Below, piece by piece: positions 8,547 to 18,442 of a stretch of DNA of 34,058 nt. Every line of letters begins with the position of its first letter. The first letter of the stretch is position 1. The notes under the pieces are model-generated. The model did not search any database and was not told where the DNA came from. It worked only from the letters and a program-made list of their open reading frames with translations. The DNA is from an uncultured Veillonella sp. (lineage in GTDB: Bacteria; Bacillota; Negativicutes; Veillonellales; Veillonellaceae). The position numbers and the translations under genes were made by a program. Location: positions 1 to 34,058 of the forward strand of contig CAUSMY010000001.1 of NCBI GenBank assembly GCA_963533015.1, in the 5' to 3' direction.

Positions 8547-9746
8547 ATGGAACTTTGGAAACGCACATTATATGTTTGTTTATTTGGTGCTTTCATGGCA
8601 TCAGTGGGGCTTAGTCAAGCATCCCCTCTCATTCCCTTATATTTACAAGACCTAGGGGTCCACGATCAGGGGGCCCTCGCCAATTGGTCTGGCCTCGCCA
8701 TGGGCATGACCTATCTCATGGTAGCCCTCTTCGCACCCTTTTGGGGCAAGCTCGCGGACCGCAAAGGACGCAAACTCATTCTATTGCGCGCTAGTCTTGG
8801 GATGGCTATTACCAATGCGCTCCTCGGATTTGCCCAAGCTCCTGAGCACATCGTTATCATACGGATTCTAAACGGAATGATTTCCGGATTTTTCTCTGGC
8901 TCCATTACCCTCGTAGCTACGCAAACGCCACAAACACAAACAGGTTGGGCTCTTGGACTCCTGTCCGCTGCCAACCTCGGTGGTTCCCTCTTAGGTCCCA
9001 TGATTGGTGGTTACATCGGTGGACTCTTTGGCATTCGCTACGCTTTCTTCATCGTATCTGCCTTATTGGGAACCGCCTTCTTGTCCACCTTATTCTTTGT
9101 GAAAGAAGAATTTACACCGCAACCAAAAGGGGCCTCCCAATCCTTAGCCACTTTGAAAGCATCCATTCCTGATTGGAAAGGGTTAATCTATATCTCTGTA
9201 GGTTCTTTTATCTTTGCTTTCACCACCATGGCAACAGCACCGATCCTATCTGTATTCGTACAACAAATCGTAGGGCAAGGGGCGGAACACATTGCCCTCT
9301 TGGCAGGATTAGCATTTACCGTAACAGGTTTGGCACAAATGGTGGCTAGCTCCGTCCTCGGTAAATACATCGATAAACTAGGTCCTCGATTTATCCTTTG
9401 GACAAGTTTCATCTATGTGGGTCTCGTGACCATACCACAAGCATTCGTCAATGATATCTACACCTTGTGTATCTTGCGATTCCTACTCGGTATTGGACTA
9501 GGTGGATTATTACCAGGTATTAATACCTACCTATCTAGCATTACACCAAAAGCATTCGCAGGACAAGTCTTCGCCTATAACCAATCTACCTTGTTTATGG
9601 GCTACTTCATCGGATCCCTTGGAGGCTCCTTTATTGCATCCCAATGGGGGTTCGGAGCAATGTTTATCACCACTGGGGCGATGATTGCCCTCACAGGAGT
9701 GTTCTTGAAAGTCACATTAGGGCGTACTCGAACAGCTAATCATTAA
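8547..9746 (+). CDS. MFS transporter, DHA1/MdtG-like multidrug efflux family
   Basis: Starts MELWKRTLYV. MFS motif A GKLADRKGRK and its repeat GKYIDKLGPR. Antiporter motif C GSLLGPMIGG. About 12 hydrophobic segments. Confidence 0.88.
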   Translation: MELWKRTLYVCLFGAFMASVGLSQASPLIPLYLQDLGVHDQGALANWSGLAMGMTYLMVALFAPFWGKLADRKGRKLILLRASLGMAITNALLGFAQAPEHIVIIRILNGMISGFFSGSITLVATQTPQTQTGWALGLLSAANLGGSLLGPMIGGYIGGLFGIRYAFFIVSALLGTAFLSTLFFVKEEFTPQPKGASQSLATLKASIPDWKGLIYISVGSFIFAFTTMATAPILSVFVQQIVGQGAEHIALLAGLAFTVTGLAQMVASSVLGKYIDKLGPRFILWTSFIYVGLVTIPQAFVNDIYTLCILRFLLGIGLGGLLPGINTYLSSITPKAFAGQVFAYNQSTLFMGYFIGSLGGSFIASQWGFGAMFITTGAMIALTGVFLKVTLGRTRTANH

Positions 9747-9857
9747 TTACATTCCTGTAAAATACTGTATATTTTGAAACACTATATACTTCGTATTATA
9801 TTAGTTCTTTACTACTTAGTATCTGCTATACAATATATACTCATAAGGACACATGCA

Positions 9858-9896
9858 ACAAAACAGAGGTCTTTTTCCAAAGGCCTCTGTTTTTTT
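9858..9896 (+). terminator. Intrinsic (probably bidirectional) terminator between the convergent MFS and rhodanese genes
   Basis: AAAACAGAGGTCTTT-TTCC-AAAGGCCTCTGTTTTTTT, with an A-tract before and a T-tract after. Confidence 0.75.
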
Positions 9897-10028
9897 CTTA
9901 TTATATTAAAACCATTTTGTATATAAAGGTACTCTACTACTGCTACGTATTTAGCGTAAATTATGCTATAACAGTACTTCGTATGCATACGAATCAGTAT
10001 CTAGTATACTTATAATAACAATGTAAAC

Positions 10029-10844
10029 CTATAATGTATTCACACCTGTTTCCAAAGGGAAGCCTTCATAGGTCACCCAATCGCTAGAGCTACCTACGTA
10101 CATAGCAGGTTCTACACCGATTTCGGCAAGAGCAATCATCAAATTCGCTGCAGTCACGCCAGAGCCACAATAGGTGACGATAGGTTTTTCCATCTTAGCT
10201 AAGTCACCGTAGGCTTGTTCTAACTCTGGAACTGGACGTACACCATCAGCGGTAAATCCCCATTCGTAGAAATGGTTGATCGCCCCTGGGATATGTCCTG
10301 TCATACCATCCATAGTATCCACTACAGATCCATCATAGCGCTGTGGTGCTCGTGCGTCGATGAGGACATGACTGCCAGTTTGGCTAGCTTGTAATACTTC
10401 ATCACGATGCATTAATAAATGGTCTTGCAAGGTATACTCCAATGGCTTTGAATCTGCCACGGTTGGTGTCTCCTCTTGGGTCAACGGATACCCTTCACGA
10501 TGCCAGCGCTCAATGCCACCGGCTAGGACTTTCACATTGGTGAAACCCATGTATAGTAGCAAGAACCGCAAGCGACCAGCAAAGGAAATCCACGCGTCGT
10601 ACACTACGATGTGGGAATCCATGGTCACACCGCATTCACTCAATCGTTGTGCTAATACGGACATATCTGGCACCGGGTGACGACCACCGTGCACGCCTAA
10701 TGGTCCGCTCATATGCGCATCCATATCGATGGCAAAAGCCCCTGGAATATGGGCCCCTGCATAGGCATCAAAACCTCGTGCATCCAACACAACGACTGTA
10801 TCTAATTGTTCCTGTAATTCTTTCGGTGAAAGTAACACGCTCAT
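10029..10844 (-). CDS. Tandem-domain rhodanese / 3-mercaptopyruvate sulfurtransferase (SseA-like)
   Basis: HIPGA in both domains, GRHPVP, active-site loop YCGSGVTA, C-terminal YVGSSSDW. RBS GGAGGT. Confidence 0.9.
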   Translation of the reverse strand: MSVLLSPKELQEQLDTVVVLDARGFDAYAGAHIPGAFAIDMDAHMSGPLGVHGGRHPVPDMSVLAQRLSECGVTMDSHIVVYDAWISFAGRLRFLLLYMGFTNVKVLAGGIERWHREGYPLTQEETPTVADSKPLEYTLQDHLLMHRDEVLQASQTGSHVLIDARAPQRYDGSVVDTMDGMTGHIPGAINHFYEWGFTADGVRPVPELEQAYGDLAKMEKPIVTYCGSGVTAANLMIALAEIGVEPAMYVGSSSDWVTYEGFPLETGVNTL

Positions 10845-11039
10845 TGTTACACCTCCAATATATAAATTAATATGTCTATGTTACATCTCTATCCTATCTA
10901 GTATGCATAAAAAATATGCCTTCAGAGGATAGCTATTGCTGTCTCTCCAAGATATACTATAGGACCTTAACTATCATATAGAAACTATCTCTTACGGTTC
11001 TGTTAGATACAATAGAAACTGTTAACATACCCATACAAA

Positions 11040-11112
11040 CAATAAAGAATGCCATACACTCTCTATAATCTAGTGTAACATAGATTATCTTCGATGTGTA
11101 TGGCATTTCTAT
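11040..11112 (-). terminator. Extended hairpin downstream of hemL, probable terminator
   Basis: AATGCCATACAC / GTGTATGGCATT outer stem with inner ATAATCTA/TAGATTAT. T-rich tail on the minus strand. Confidence 0.5.
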
Positions 11113-11185
11113 TCATACGTGTATTCTGTTGAATGCTATTGATTCCCGTCAGTTTTCAATACTTTGAAAGCCGTCAGTTCACCTT

Positions 11186-12481
11186 CTAGCCCTTAATCGC
11201 CTGAAACGCTTCTTTTGCAATTTGCAAGGTGTACGCCAAATCTTGTTCGCTATGGCACGTAGACAAGAAGTTGCTTTCATATTGGCTGGCTGCGTAATAG
11301 ATACCGTGTTCCAAATTGTAATGGAAGAATGTTTTGAATGCTTCCATATCGCAAGCGCTAGCGTCATCGAAGTTGTGAACTGGTTTGTCTGTGAAGAACA
11401 GTGTAAACATAGAGCCTACACGTTGTACCACCACAGGTACGCCTACTTCTTTCGCTGCTGCTTCTAAGCCTTGGCAAAGCAGTTCCGTAGATTCTTCTAC
11501 TCGACGGAATGCATTCGGATGTTTTTGCAACATAGACAAGGTGGCAAGACCAGCCGCCATGGCTACAGGGTTGCCACTCAATGTACCTGCTTGATACACG
11601 GGACCAGATGGAGCGATGGCAGACATAATTTCTTTTTTGCCACCGAATACAGCCATCGGCAAACCGCCACCTACGATTTTGCCTAAGCATGTCAAATCTG
11701 GAATGACATTGTAATATTTTTGTGCCCCTCCAGAACTAGATCGGAATCCACACATCACTTCATCAAAAATAAGAACAGCACCGTGTTCTGTAGTTACTTC
11801 ACGTAAGGTTTCCAAGAATCCTTCTACAGGAGGCACGCAACCCATATTACCTGCTACTGGTTCTACGATGATGGCTGCAATGCTTTTGCCATGTTCTGCA
11901 AATAACTGACGAACTGCATCAGAATCATTGTACGGCAAAGTAATGGTATCTGACGCCACACCTACTGGCACTCCTGGACTATCTGGAACGCCGAAGGTCG
12001 CTAAGCCAGAACCAGCTTTCACCAATAAGCTATCGCTATGACCATGGTAACAACCGATAAATTTCACAATTTTGTCACGACCTGTATAACCACGAGCCAA
12101 ACGCAAGGCACTCATCGTAGATTCTGTACCGGAGTTCACCATACGCACCATTTCCATAGATGGATAGAAAGCTTGGATTTTCTTAGCCACTTCTGTTTCT
12201 AATAGCGTTGGTGCCCCATAACTAGTACCACGAGGGATGGCTTCCAAAATAGATGCTACAATTTCAGGGTTCGCATGACCTAGAATCATAGGACCCCAAG
12301 ACAATACGTAATCGATGTACTCATTGCCATCGATATCGTAAACGCGAGATCCGCTAGCAGAACTGATAAAAGGAGGGTTGCCCCCTACACTACGGTAAGA
12401 GCGAACAGGACTGTTCACACCACCCGGCATATATGTACGAGCCTCTGCAAAGGCTTGTTTTGATTTTTCTAAACTAAACAT
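11186..12481 (-). CDS. hemL: Glutamate-1-semialdehyde 2,1-aminomutase
   Basis: MPGGVNSPVR, VNSGTE, YHGHSD, FDEVM.GFR, PLP lysine in GKIVGGG, YQAGTLSGNP. Confidence 0.97.
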   Translation of the reverse strand: MFSLEKSKQAFAEARTYMPGGVNSPVRSYRSVGGNPPFISSASGSRVYDIDGNEYIDYVLSWGPMILGHANPEIVASILEAIPRGTSYGAPTLLETEVAKKIQAFYPSMEMVRMVNSGTESTMSALRLARGYTGRDKIVKFIGCYHGHSDSLLVKAGSGLATFGVPDSPGVPVGVASDTITLPYNDSDAVRQLFAEHGKSIAAIIVEPVAGNMGCVPPVEGFLETLREVTTEHGAVLIFDEVMCGFRSSSGGAQKYYNVIPDLTCLGKIVGGGLPMAVFGGKKEIMSAIAPSGPVYQAGTLSGNPVAMAAGLATLSMLQKHPNAFRRVEESTELLCQGLEAAAKEVGVPVVVQRVGSMFTLFFTDKPVHNFDDASACDMEAFKTFFHYNLEHGIYYAASQYESNFLSTCHSEQDLAYTLQIAKEAFQAIKG

Positions 12482-12502
12482 AATGGCTCCTATATTTCCA
12501 CA

Positions 12503-13477
12503 TTATTTTTCTTGTAGCCAACGTGCCACATCAAGGGCATGGTAGGTAATGATCATCTTTGCCCCTGCTCGCTTCATAGATAGCAAGGTTTCCAAGGTAA
12601 TACGTTTTTCGTCCACAAGACCTGCTGCTGCTGCCGTTTTAATCATGGCATACTCACCGCTGACATTATACACGGCTAATGGACAATCGAAGTTATCACG
12701 CACTTCACGAACGATATCCAAATAGGATAGCGCCGGCTTAATCATGATAATATCCGCCCCTTCAATGATGTCTTGTTCCACTTCACGCAAGGCTTCCAAA
12801 CGGTTCGCCTCATCCATTTGGTATCCTTTACGGTCCCCAAAGCCAGGTGCCGAATGGACTGCATCACGGAATGGACCATAGTAAGCAGATGCATATTTTG
12901 CGGCATAGCTCATGATAGATACATGGCCAAATCCCTCTGCATCTAAGGCTTCACGAATCGCAGCAATACGACCGTCCATCATGTCCGATGGGGCTACCAT
13001 GTGAGCGCCTGCTTTTGCATGGCTCACCGCTACATTACACAACAATGGCAACGTCGCATCATTGATGACTTCGTGGTGTTCCACATGACCACAATGGCCC
13101 GTGGATGTGTATTGGCAAAGGCATACGTCAGAAATAACGATCAACTCTGGCACTTCTTTACGGATCGCCATAATCGCTTGCTGTACCGGTTGTTCCATAT
13201 CCCACGCAGAAGAACCATCTTCATCTTTGTAAGTAGGAATACCGAAAATTTCGACTCCCTTAATACCTAAGTCATAGGCCTCTTTCGCCAATTTCACAGC
13301 TTCGTCCACGGACACATGATATTGTCCTGGTAAGGAAGAAATTTCTTCTTTCACTGCTGTACCGGGAACAATAAATATAGGATAGATTAAATCCTCTACT
13401 TGTAATGTTGTTTCACGAACCAACGCACGCATAGCTGGGTTGATGCGCAATCGTCTTGGTCTATTTCGTAATTCCAT
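12503..13477 (-). CDS. hemB: Porphobilinogen synthase (Zn-type)
   Basis: RPRRLR, DVCLCQYT..GHCG, APSDMMDGR, YGPFRDA, IKPA, YNVSGEY. Confidence 0.97.
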   Translation of the reverse strand: MELRNRPRRLRINPAMRALVRETTLQVEDLIYPIFIVPGTAVKEEISSLPGQYHVSVDEAVKLAKEAYDLGIKGVEIFGIPTYKDEDGSSAWDMEQPVQQAIMAIRKEVPELIVISDVCLCQYTSTGHCGHVEHHEVINDATLPLLCNVAVSHAKAGAHMVAPSDMMDGRIAAIREALDAEGFGHVSIMSYAAKYASAYYGPFRDAVHSAPGFGDRKGYQMDEANRLEALREVEQDIIEGADIIMIKPALSYLDIVREVRDNFDCPLAVYNVSGEYAMIKTAAAAGLVDEKRITLETLLSMKRAGAKMIITYHALDVARWLQEK

Positions 13478-13490
13478 ACTGTGCCTCTTT

Positions 13491-15026
13491 CTATTTGCAA
13501 TCGTTCAAGATTAAGTCCACCATCGCAGGGATTGTGAACGTTTCACCAATTAAATCTGGTTGAATCCCTTCTTCCACGCAAGTGGCCCCTGTAATCGGTC
13601 CAATACAAACGACTTTTGTATTGCCTAACAAGCTCACCGCATCTGGGCCGAGCATATCTTTTGTATTTGTCACCGTAGAAGAACTTGTGAACGTAATGTA
13701 ATCTACTTCACCTGCACGTAAGGCTTCTTCTAAATAGTCTTTGTGGGACGTGTCTTGTACTGTTTCATACAAACGCAATACCGTCACATCACATCCTGCC
13801 TGTGAAAGTCCTTTATAAATTACATCGCGTGCTACTTTTGGTTGTACCAACACAAACCGCAAGTCACCTAACGTTCGCTCAGGCCATACACGGCCTTGTT
13901 CAGCAGTAATCGTTTCTACCACAGATTCCGCTTGGTAATTTGGTGGCACGATGTCTGCACGAATGCCACGATCTAATAAGGCTTTCGCCGTCGCACTGCC
14001 GATGGCACATACTTTCATAGACCCTAAAGCACGACTGTCGAGTCCACGGTCTAATAAGCCATCAAAGAAGAATCGTACTCCTTCGGCAGATGTGAAAATC
14101 AATCCATCATAGGAAGATAATGCATCATGGGTCGCATCCATTTCCGCTGTACGAGGTAAGGCTTGTGTTTTAATAGCAGAGGCTTCGATGACGTTCGCCC
14201 CTAATTCTAGTAAACGCTCCGACAAAGCACTGGCTTTGCTACGAGCTCGTGTGACCACGATAGTTTTACCAAATAATGGTTTATTATCGAACCAACGCAA
14301 TTGATCTCGCAAAGATACGACTTCTCCAACGATAACAATAGCTGGCGCTTTCAATTGTGCTTTTTCTACATCTTCTACCACATGTTCCAACGTAGATACT
14401 ACAGTTTCTTGAATTGGTTTTGTGCCCCAACGGATGACCGCCACTGGTGTTTCCTTAGAACGACCGTATTTGATTAGGTTATTAGCAATGCTCGGTAAAT
14501 TAGAAATGCCCATTACAAAGGAGATCGTATCCACAGATTTGGCTAAACCCTCCCAGTTCATGCCAGATTCTGGTTTTGTTGGATCTTCATGACCTGTAAC
14601 AATCGCAAAGGACGTAGCCATAGCCCGTTGTGTGACAGGAATCCCAGCATAGGCTGGCGCAGAAATGCCGGATGTAATACCTGGTACAAATTCAAATGGA
14701 ACACCTGCTTCCACCAGTGCCAACGCTTCTTCACCACCACGGCCGAACACTAGAGGGTCTCCTCCTTTTAAACGAGCTACTACTTTGCCCTCTAACCCGC
14801 ATTTTACGAGAAGTTCGTTGATTTCCCATTGGTGCATCGTATGGTTGTTGCTTTTTTTACCAGCATAAATGATCTCTGCTTTTTCTTTGGCATAGGACAA
14901 GAAATGAGCATCTGCTAAATAGTCATAGACGATAACATCTGCTTTTTCAATACATTCCTTACCTTTCAGAGTGATTAATTTATGATCGCCCGGTCCGGCA
15001 CCAATTAAATATACAATGCCTGTCAT
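13491..15026 (-). CDS. cobA/hemD: Uroporphyrinogen-III C-methyltransferase / uroporphyrinogen-III synthase fusion (CobA-HemD)
   Basis: N-half has GAGPG, RLKGGDP.VFGRGGEE, VPGITS. Linker WFDNKPLFGK. C-half HemD has VVTRA, FTSSSTV, IGPIT. Confidence 0.95.
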   Translation of the reverse strand: MTGIVYLIGAGPGDHKLITLKGKECIEKADVIVYDYLADAHFLSYAKEKAEIIYAGKKSNNHTMHQWEINELLVKCGLEGKVVARLKGGDPLVFGRGGEEALALVEAGVPFEFVPGITSGISAPAYAGIPVTQRAMATSFAIVTGHEDPTKPESGMNWEGLAKSVDTISFVMGISNLPSIANNLIKYGRSKETPVAVIRWGTKPIQETVVSTLEHVVEDVEKAQLKAPAIVIVGEVVSLRDQLRWFDNKPLFGKTIVVTRARSKASALSERLLELGANVIEASAIKTQALPRTAEMDATHDALSSYDGLIFTSAEGVRFFFDGLLDRGLDSRALGSMKVCAIGSATAKALLDRGIRADIVPPNYQAESVVETITAEQGRVWPERTLGDLRFVLVQPKVARDVIYKGLSQAGCDVTVLRLYETVQDTSHKDYLEEALRAGEVDYITFTSSSTVTNTKDMLGPDAVSLLGNTKVVCIGPITGATCVEEGIQPDLIGETFTIPAMVDLILNDCK

Positions 15027-15961
15027 TTCAATACTCCTCTTTCTACTAAATCGTCAATGATGGCTTTGCCCCCTTCTTCATAGAGAGCTTTCGCCAAGTT
15101 ACGACCTAACATATCTGCTTTTTCTTTCGGTCCTGACAATTCACCTTCAAAACAATTTTTTCCATCTAAAGAAGCAATGATAGCTTTCAACGTTAATTGT
15201 CCTTTATAAATTGTCCCATGTACACCCATCGGTACTTGGCAACCACCTTCGAGCTGACGAAGGAAACTGCGTTCTCCACGTGTGGCCCACATGGTATTTT
15301 CATCGTGCAATACAGATAACATGTTTAGCATTTCTGCATCATCCTTTCGACACTCAATACCAAGTGCCCCTTGACCAACAGCAGGGATAATTTCATCACT
15401 AGTGAAAGTCTGTGTAATAACAGATTCCAAACCCAACCGTTTTAAACCTGCTTCTGCCAGTACAATGGCATCAAAACTTTCTGTTTCTAATTTATTCAAA
15501 CGTGTTTGCACATTGCCACGAAGTACAGAAATCTGTAAATCAGGACGTCGATTCAATAGTTGTGCTTGGCGGCGTAAACTGCTAGTGCCTACCTTAGCGC
15601 CTTGTGGCAATTGATCTAAGGTTTTATATTTTGGAGATACCACGGCATCACATGGTGTTTCACGTTCTGTAATAGCACCTAATACCAAATCTTCTGGTAA
15701 TTCTGTAGGCATATCTTTCAAGCTGTGTACAGCTAAATCGATGCTACCATCACGCATGGATGCTTCTAATTCTTCCGTAAATAAACCTTTTCCACCGATT
15801 TCAGCCAATGGTTTTTCTAGAATACGATCACCTTTCGTGCTGTGATGAACTAACTCCACCTTACACTGTGGGTAATGTTTGCGCAATGTATCTGCTACAT
15901 AATTGGCTTGCCATAAAGCAAGAGCACTACTACGGGTGCCTATACGAATTGTGTCTCTCAT
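15023..15961 (-). CDS. hemC: Hydroxymethylbilane synthase (porphobilinogen deaminase)
   Basis: IGTRSS.LALWQA, GGKGLF..ELE, AVHSLKD, GTSSLRR, RGNVQTRL, GGCQVP. Start ATG 15961 overlaps the hemA stop (ATGA), with GGAGG upstream. Confidence 0.96.
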   Translation of the reverse strand: MRDTIRIGTRSSALALWQANYVADTLRKHYPQCKVELVHHSTKGDRILEKPLAEIGGKGLFTEELEASMRDGSIDLAVHSLKDMPTELPEDLVLGAITERETPCDAVVSPKYKTLDQLPQGAKVGTSSLRRQAQLLNRRPDLQISVLRGNVQTRLNKLETESFDAIVLAEAGLKRLGLESVITQTFTSDEIIPAVGQGALGIECRKDDAEMLNMLSVLHDENTMWATRGERSFLRQLEGGCQVPMGVHGTIYKGQLTLKAIIASLDGKNCFEGELSGPKEKADMLGRNLAKALYEEGGKAIIDDLVERGVLK

Positions 15962-17244
15962 GGTGTGTCGTCCTCCACTTCCAAAGCAAACATATCTTGG
16001 AATAACTTCCAATAATCTCGCTCTTCTTCTTTACCCGCTACTTCACCAAAATGAATCATAGGGTCACGCAATAATTTGCGCACCAACATACGAGACATAT
16101 TGCTGATAACTTTGCGTTCACGATCTGTCGCATCTGGTAACTTCGCCATGGCACGGTGCACTTCACGTTTGCGAATGGCTTCTGCTTTTTCGCTGAGTAA
16201 GACCATAATAGGACGCACTGACAAGTATTGTAATTTTTCTTCAATCTCTTGCAATGCTTCTTCTAAAATTGGTTCTGCTTTTTTAGCTTCTTCTTCTCGT
16301 TGATGCTTGTTTGCTTCTACTACACTTTCCAAAGCATCAATATTAAACAAATACACCCCTGGAATCTCTGTTACATCTGGATTGATGTCGCGAGGAACGG
16401 CAATATCGATCATGACAATTGACTTACCACCACGACCATCCATGATTTCTTCCGCTTCTTCTCGCTCGATTACGTAATGCGGTGCACCCGTGGATGTGAT
16501 AATAATATCTGCGGTTTTAGCTTCCTCTACAAAATGGTCAAAGGCCACAGCCTTACCATTGAATTGCGTTGCCAACTCTTCCGCAGTTTTGAAAGTCCGA
16601 TTGGACACAAAAATACTCTTTACCCCTTTAGCTTGCAAATGACGTGCTGTGAGCTCACTCATTTGACCCGCTCCCAAAATGAGGACTTTCGCCTCATTTA
16701 TCGGTATATCTAAACTATCTTCCGCTAAATTGACTGCCGTATAACTAACAGACACTGGCGTATTCGCAATGCCTGTCATCGTCCGAACACGTTTTCCTAC
16801 AGCAATGGCTTTTTGGAAAATAATATTAAACACAGACGCTGTTAATCCCTTACTGTAGGAAGAAATATACGCCATTTTTAATTGACTCAAAATTTGGCCT
16901 TCTCCTAGTACAAGAGAATCCAAACTAGATGCTACCCTAAATAAATGAGAAATACACGCCTTCCCTTCATGGAGGAAGAACCATTTCTCGTCTACGTCTA
17001 CTGTTTCTTCACCTTTCAGATGTAACAATAGACGCATCATATATTCTTTTACATTCTCCATGTCATTTAGGACGACATAGAGTTCTGTGCGATTACATGT
17101 CGATAAAAGGACGCACTCCTCTACTTCTTCATGAGCATAGATATGATCCATAGCATGATCGAGAGCTTCTTTGGAAAAAGAAAATTTCTCTCGCACATCT
17201 ACAGGTGCACTTCTATGATTCAGACCTAATACGACTAATTGCAT
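15958..17244 (-). CDS. hemA: Glutamyl-tRNA reductase
   Basis: GLNHRSAPV..RE, LSTCNRTE, SLDSLVLGE.QI..Q, GAGQM, DIAVPRDI. ATG 17244 chosen (TTG at 17250 is an alternative); RBS AAGGAG. Confidence 0.95.
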   Translation of the reverse strand: MQLVVLGLNHRSAPVDVREKFSFSKEALDHAMDHIYAHEEVEECVLLSTCNRTELYVVLNDMENVKEYMMRLLLHLKGEETVDVDEKWFFLHEGKACISHLFRVASSLDSLVLGEGQILSQLKMAYISSYSKGLTASVFNIIFQKAIAVGKRVRTMTGIANTPVSVSYTAVNLAEDSLDIPINEAKVLILGAGQMSELTARHLQAKGVKSIFVSNRTFKTAEELATQFNGKAVAFDHFVEEAKTADIIITSTGAPHYVIEREEAEEIMDGRGGKSIVMIDIAVPRDINPDVTEIPGVYLFNIDALESVVEANKHQREEEAKKAEPILEEALQEIEEKLQYLSVRPIMVLLSEKAEAIRKREVHRAMAKLPDATDRERKVISNMSRMLVRKLLRDPMIHFGEVAGKEEERDYWKLFQDMFALEVEDDTP

Positions 17245-17848
17245 GTACAATATTCTCCTTCACTGAGTCTCCTTGACCCTCTAGTATTTGTATAAACTCC
17301 GATTCGCCTAAATAGGTACGCCAGAATTGCTCTCGCTCTTTCGGCGTCGACAATAGCCGTTGTAATTCTTGTCTCCATAGACGAATCTGAGGTAGCCACT
17401 CGGCTAACATTCTATATCGTTTTTCTATATCCTGTCTAAGCAAACGGCTCACTCGTGGACTTACCTGATTGGTAAATATGGAAATCTCTAAATCCCCGAT
17501 CTGTGAAGCGCTACCAAATACCCAGCTGGAATCTTCTTTCACATCTGCTCGATTGATGAAAGCCTGCACGGCTCTGGCATCTTGTAAAACAGCTGCATTT
17601 ACATCTGGTCGATCCGTAGCAATGATAACAAATTGTTGACCTACCATATATTCTGAACTATACGGCTTCCCTATCCATTGTAATGTACCTTCTTTATGGT
17701 ATCTTGCAATATCTGGCAATACATCAGGACTGACCACCAAAATCTGGGCCTCTTCGTCTATTAATTTTTCAATTCTACGCAGGGCCACTTGCCCTCCGCC
17801 GACAACAAGACATGGTCTGTCTTTCAGTGAAAGTCCTACTGTTATCAT
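17213..17848 (-). CDS. sirC: Precorrin-2 dehydrogenase / sirohydrochlorin ferrochelatase family (SirC/Met8p/CysG N-terminal-like)
   Basis: CLVVGGGQVA.RRI..L Rossmann motif, VIIATD...VN, N.AD, SP..SR.LR. First gene of the hem operon. Confidence 0.85.
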   Translation of the reverse strand: MITVGLSLKDRPCLVVGGGQVALRRIEKLIDEEAQILVVSPDVLPDIARYHKEGTLQWIGKPYSSEYMVGQQFVIIATDRPDVNAAVLQDARAVQAFINRADVKEDSSWVFGSASQIGDLEISIFTNQVSPRVSRLLRQDIEKRYRMLAEWLPQIRLWRQELQRLLSTPKEREQFWRTYLGESEFIQILEGQGDSVKENIVHAISRIRSES

Positions 17849-17882
17849 AATCTCTACCTATAGTATCTATCTCTACAATGGC

Positions 17883-17907
17883 AAAAACGGCTTGAATACT
17901 CAAGCCG
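17883..17907 (-). terminator. Intrinsic terminator after divIVA
   Basis: Minus strand CGGCTTGA-GTAT-TCAAGCCG followed by TTTTT. Confidence 0.8.
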
Positions 17908-17916
17908 AAATTCACC

Positions 17917-18429
17917 TTATGCTTCTGTATCTATTACCTCAGTCGTTGCAATTTTTGCTAACGATACGTTTGTTTCTGAGTTATCTTGTAAAGAAATTCC
18001 ATCTAATAATTGTAATTGCGCTGTCAAAATTGATTCTACTTTAGCTCGGAATACGGCCATTTCATTAGCAATGGTAGCATATTTTGCTTCTGCTTCGCGC
18101 AAAGTACGATTTGCATCTTCTACAATCTTTTTACGCTCTTGACCTGCTTCTTCCAAAATCAAATTTGCTTCTTTACGAGCTGCTTCTTTTACATTTTCTC
18201 CAGTTTCTTGAGCCAATACCAAGGTATTTCGCATCGTCTCTTCCGTAGACTCATATTGGCTCAACCGTTTTTCCATGTACTCTACTTTATCCGTCATTTC
18301 TCGATTTTCACGATACAATGTTTCATACGCTTCGGCTACTTCGCTCAAAAACTCGTCTACTTCGTCGGATTTATAGCCGCGCATACCTTTACCAAACTCT
18401 TTATTGTGAATATCCATAGGTGTTAACAT
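17917..18429 (-). CDS. divIVA: Cell division protein DivIVA
   Basis: MLTPMDIHNKEF...RGY...EVDEFL N-terminus, coiled coil, TLVLAQ. Confidence 0.95.
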   Translation of the reverse strand: MLTPMDIHNKEFGKGMRGYKSDEVDEFLSEVAEAYETLYRENREMTDKVEYMEKRLSQYESTEETMRNTLVLAQETGENVKEAARKEANLILEEAGQERKKIVEDANRTLREAEAKYATIANEMAVFRAKVESILTAQLQLLDGISLQDNSETNVSLAKIATTEVIDTEA

Positions 18430-18442
18430 AGGATCTACCTCC

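Noticed and set aside
10002..10029. dif-like site (…ATGTAAAC resembles the Bacillus dif right arm)
   Set aside because: The left arm and the TTAT part of the right arm do not match; not a credible XerC/D site.
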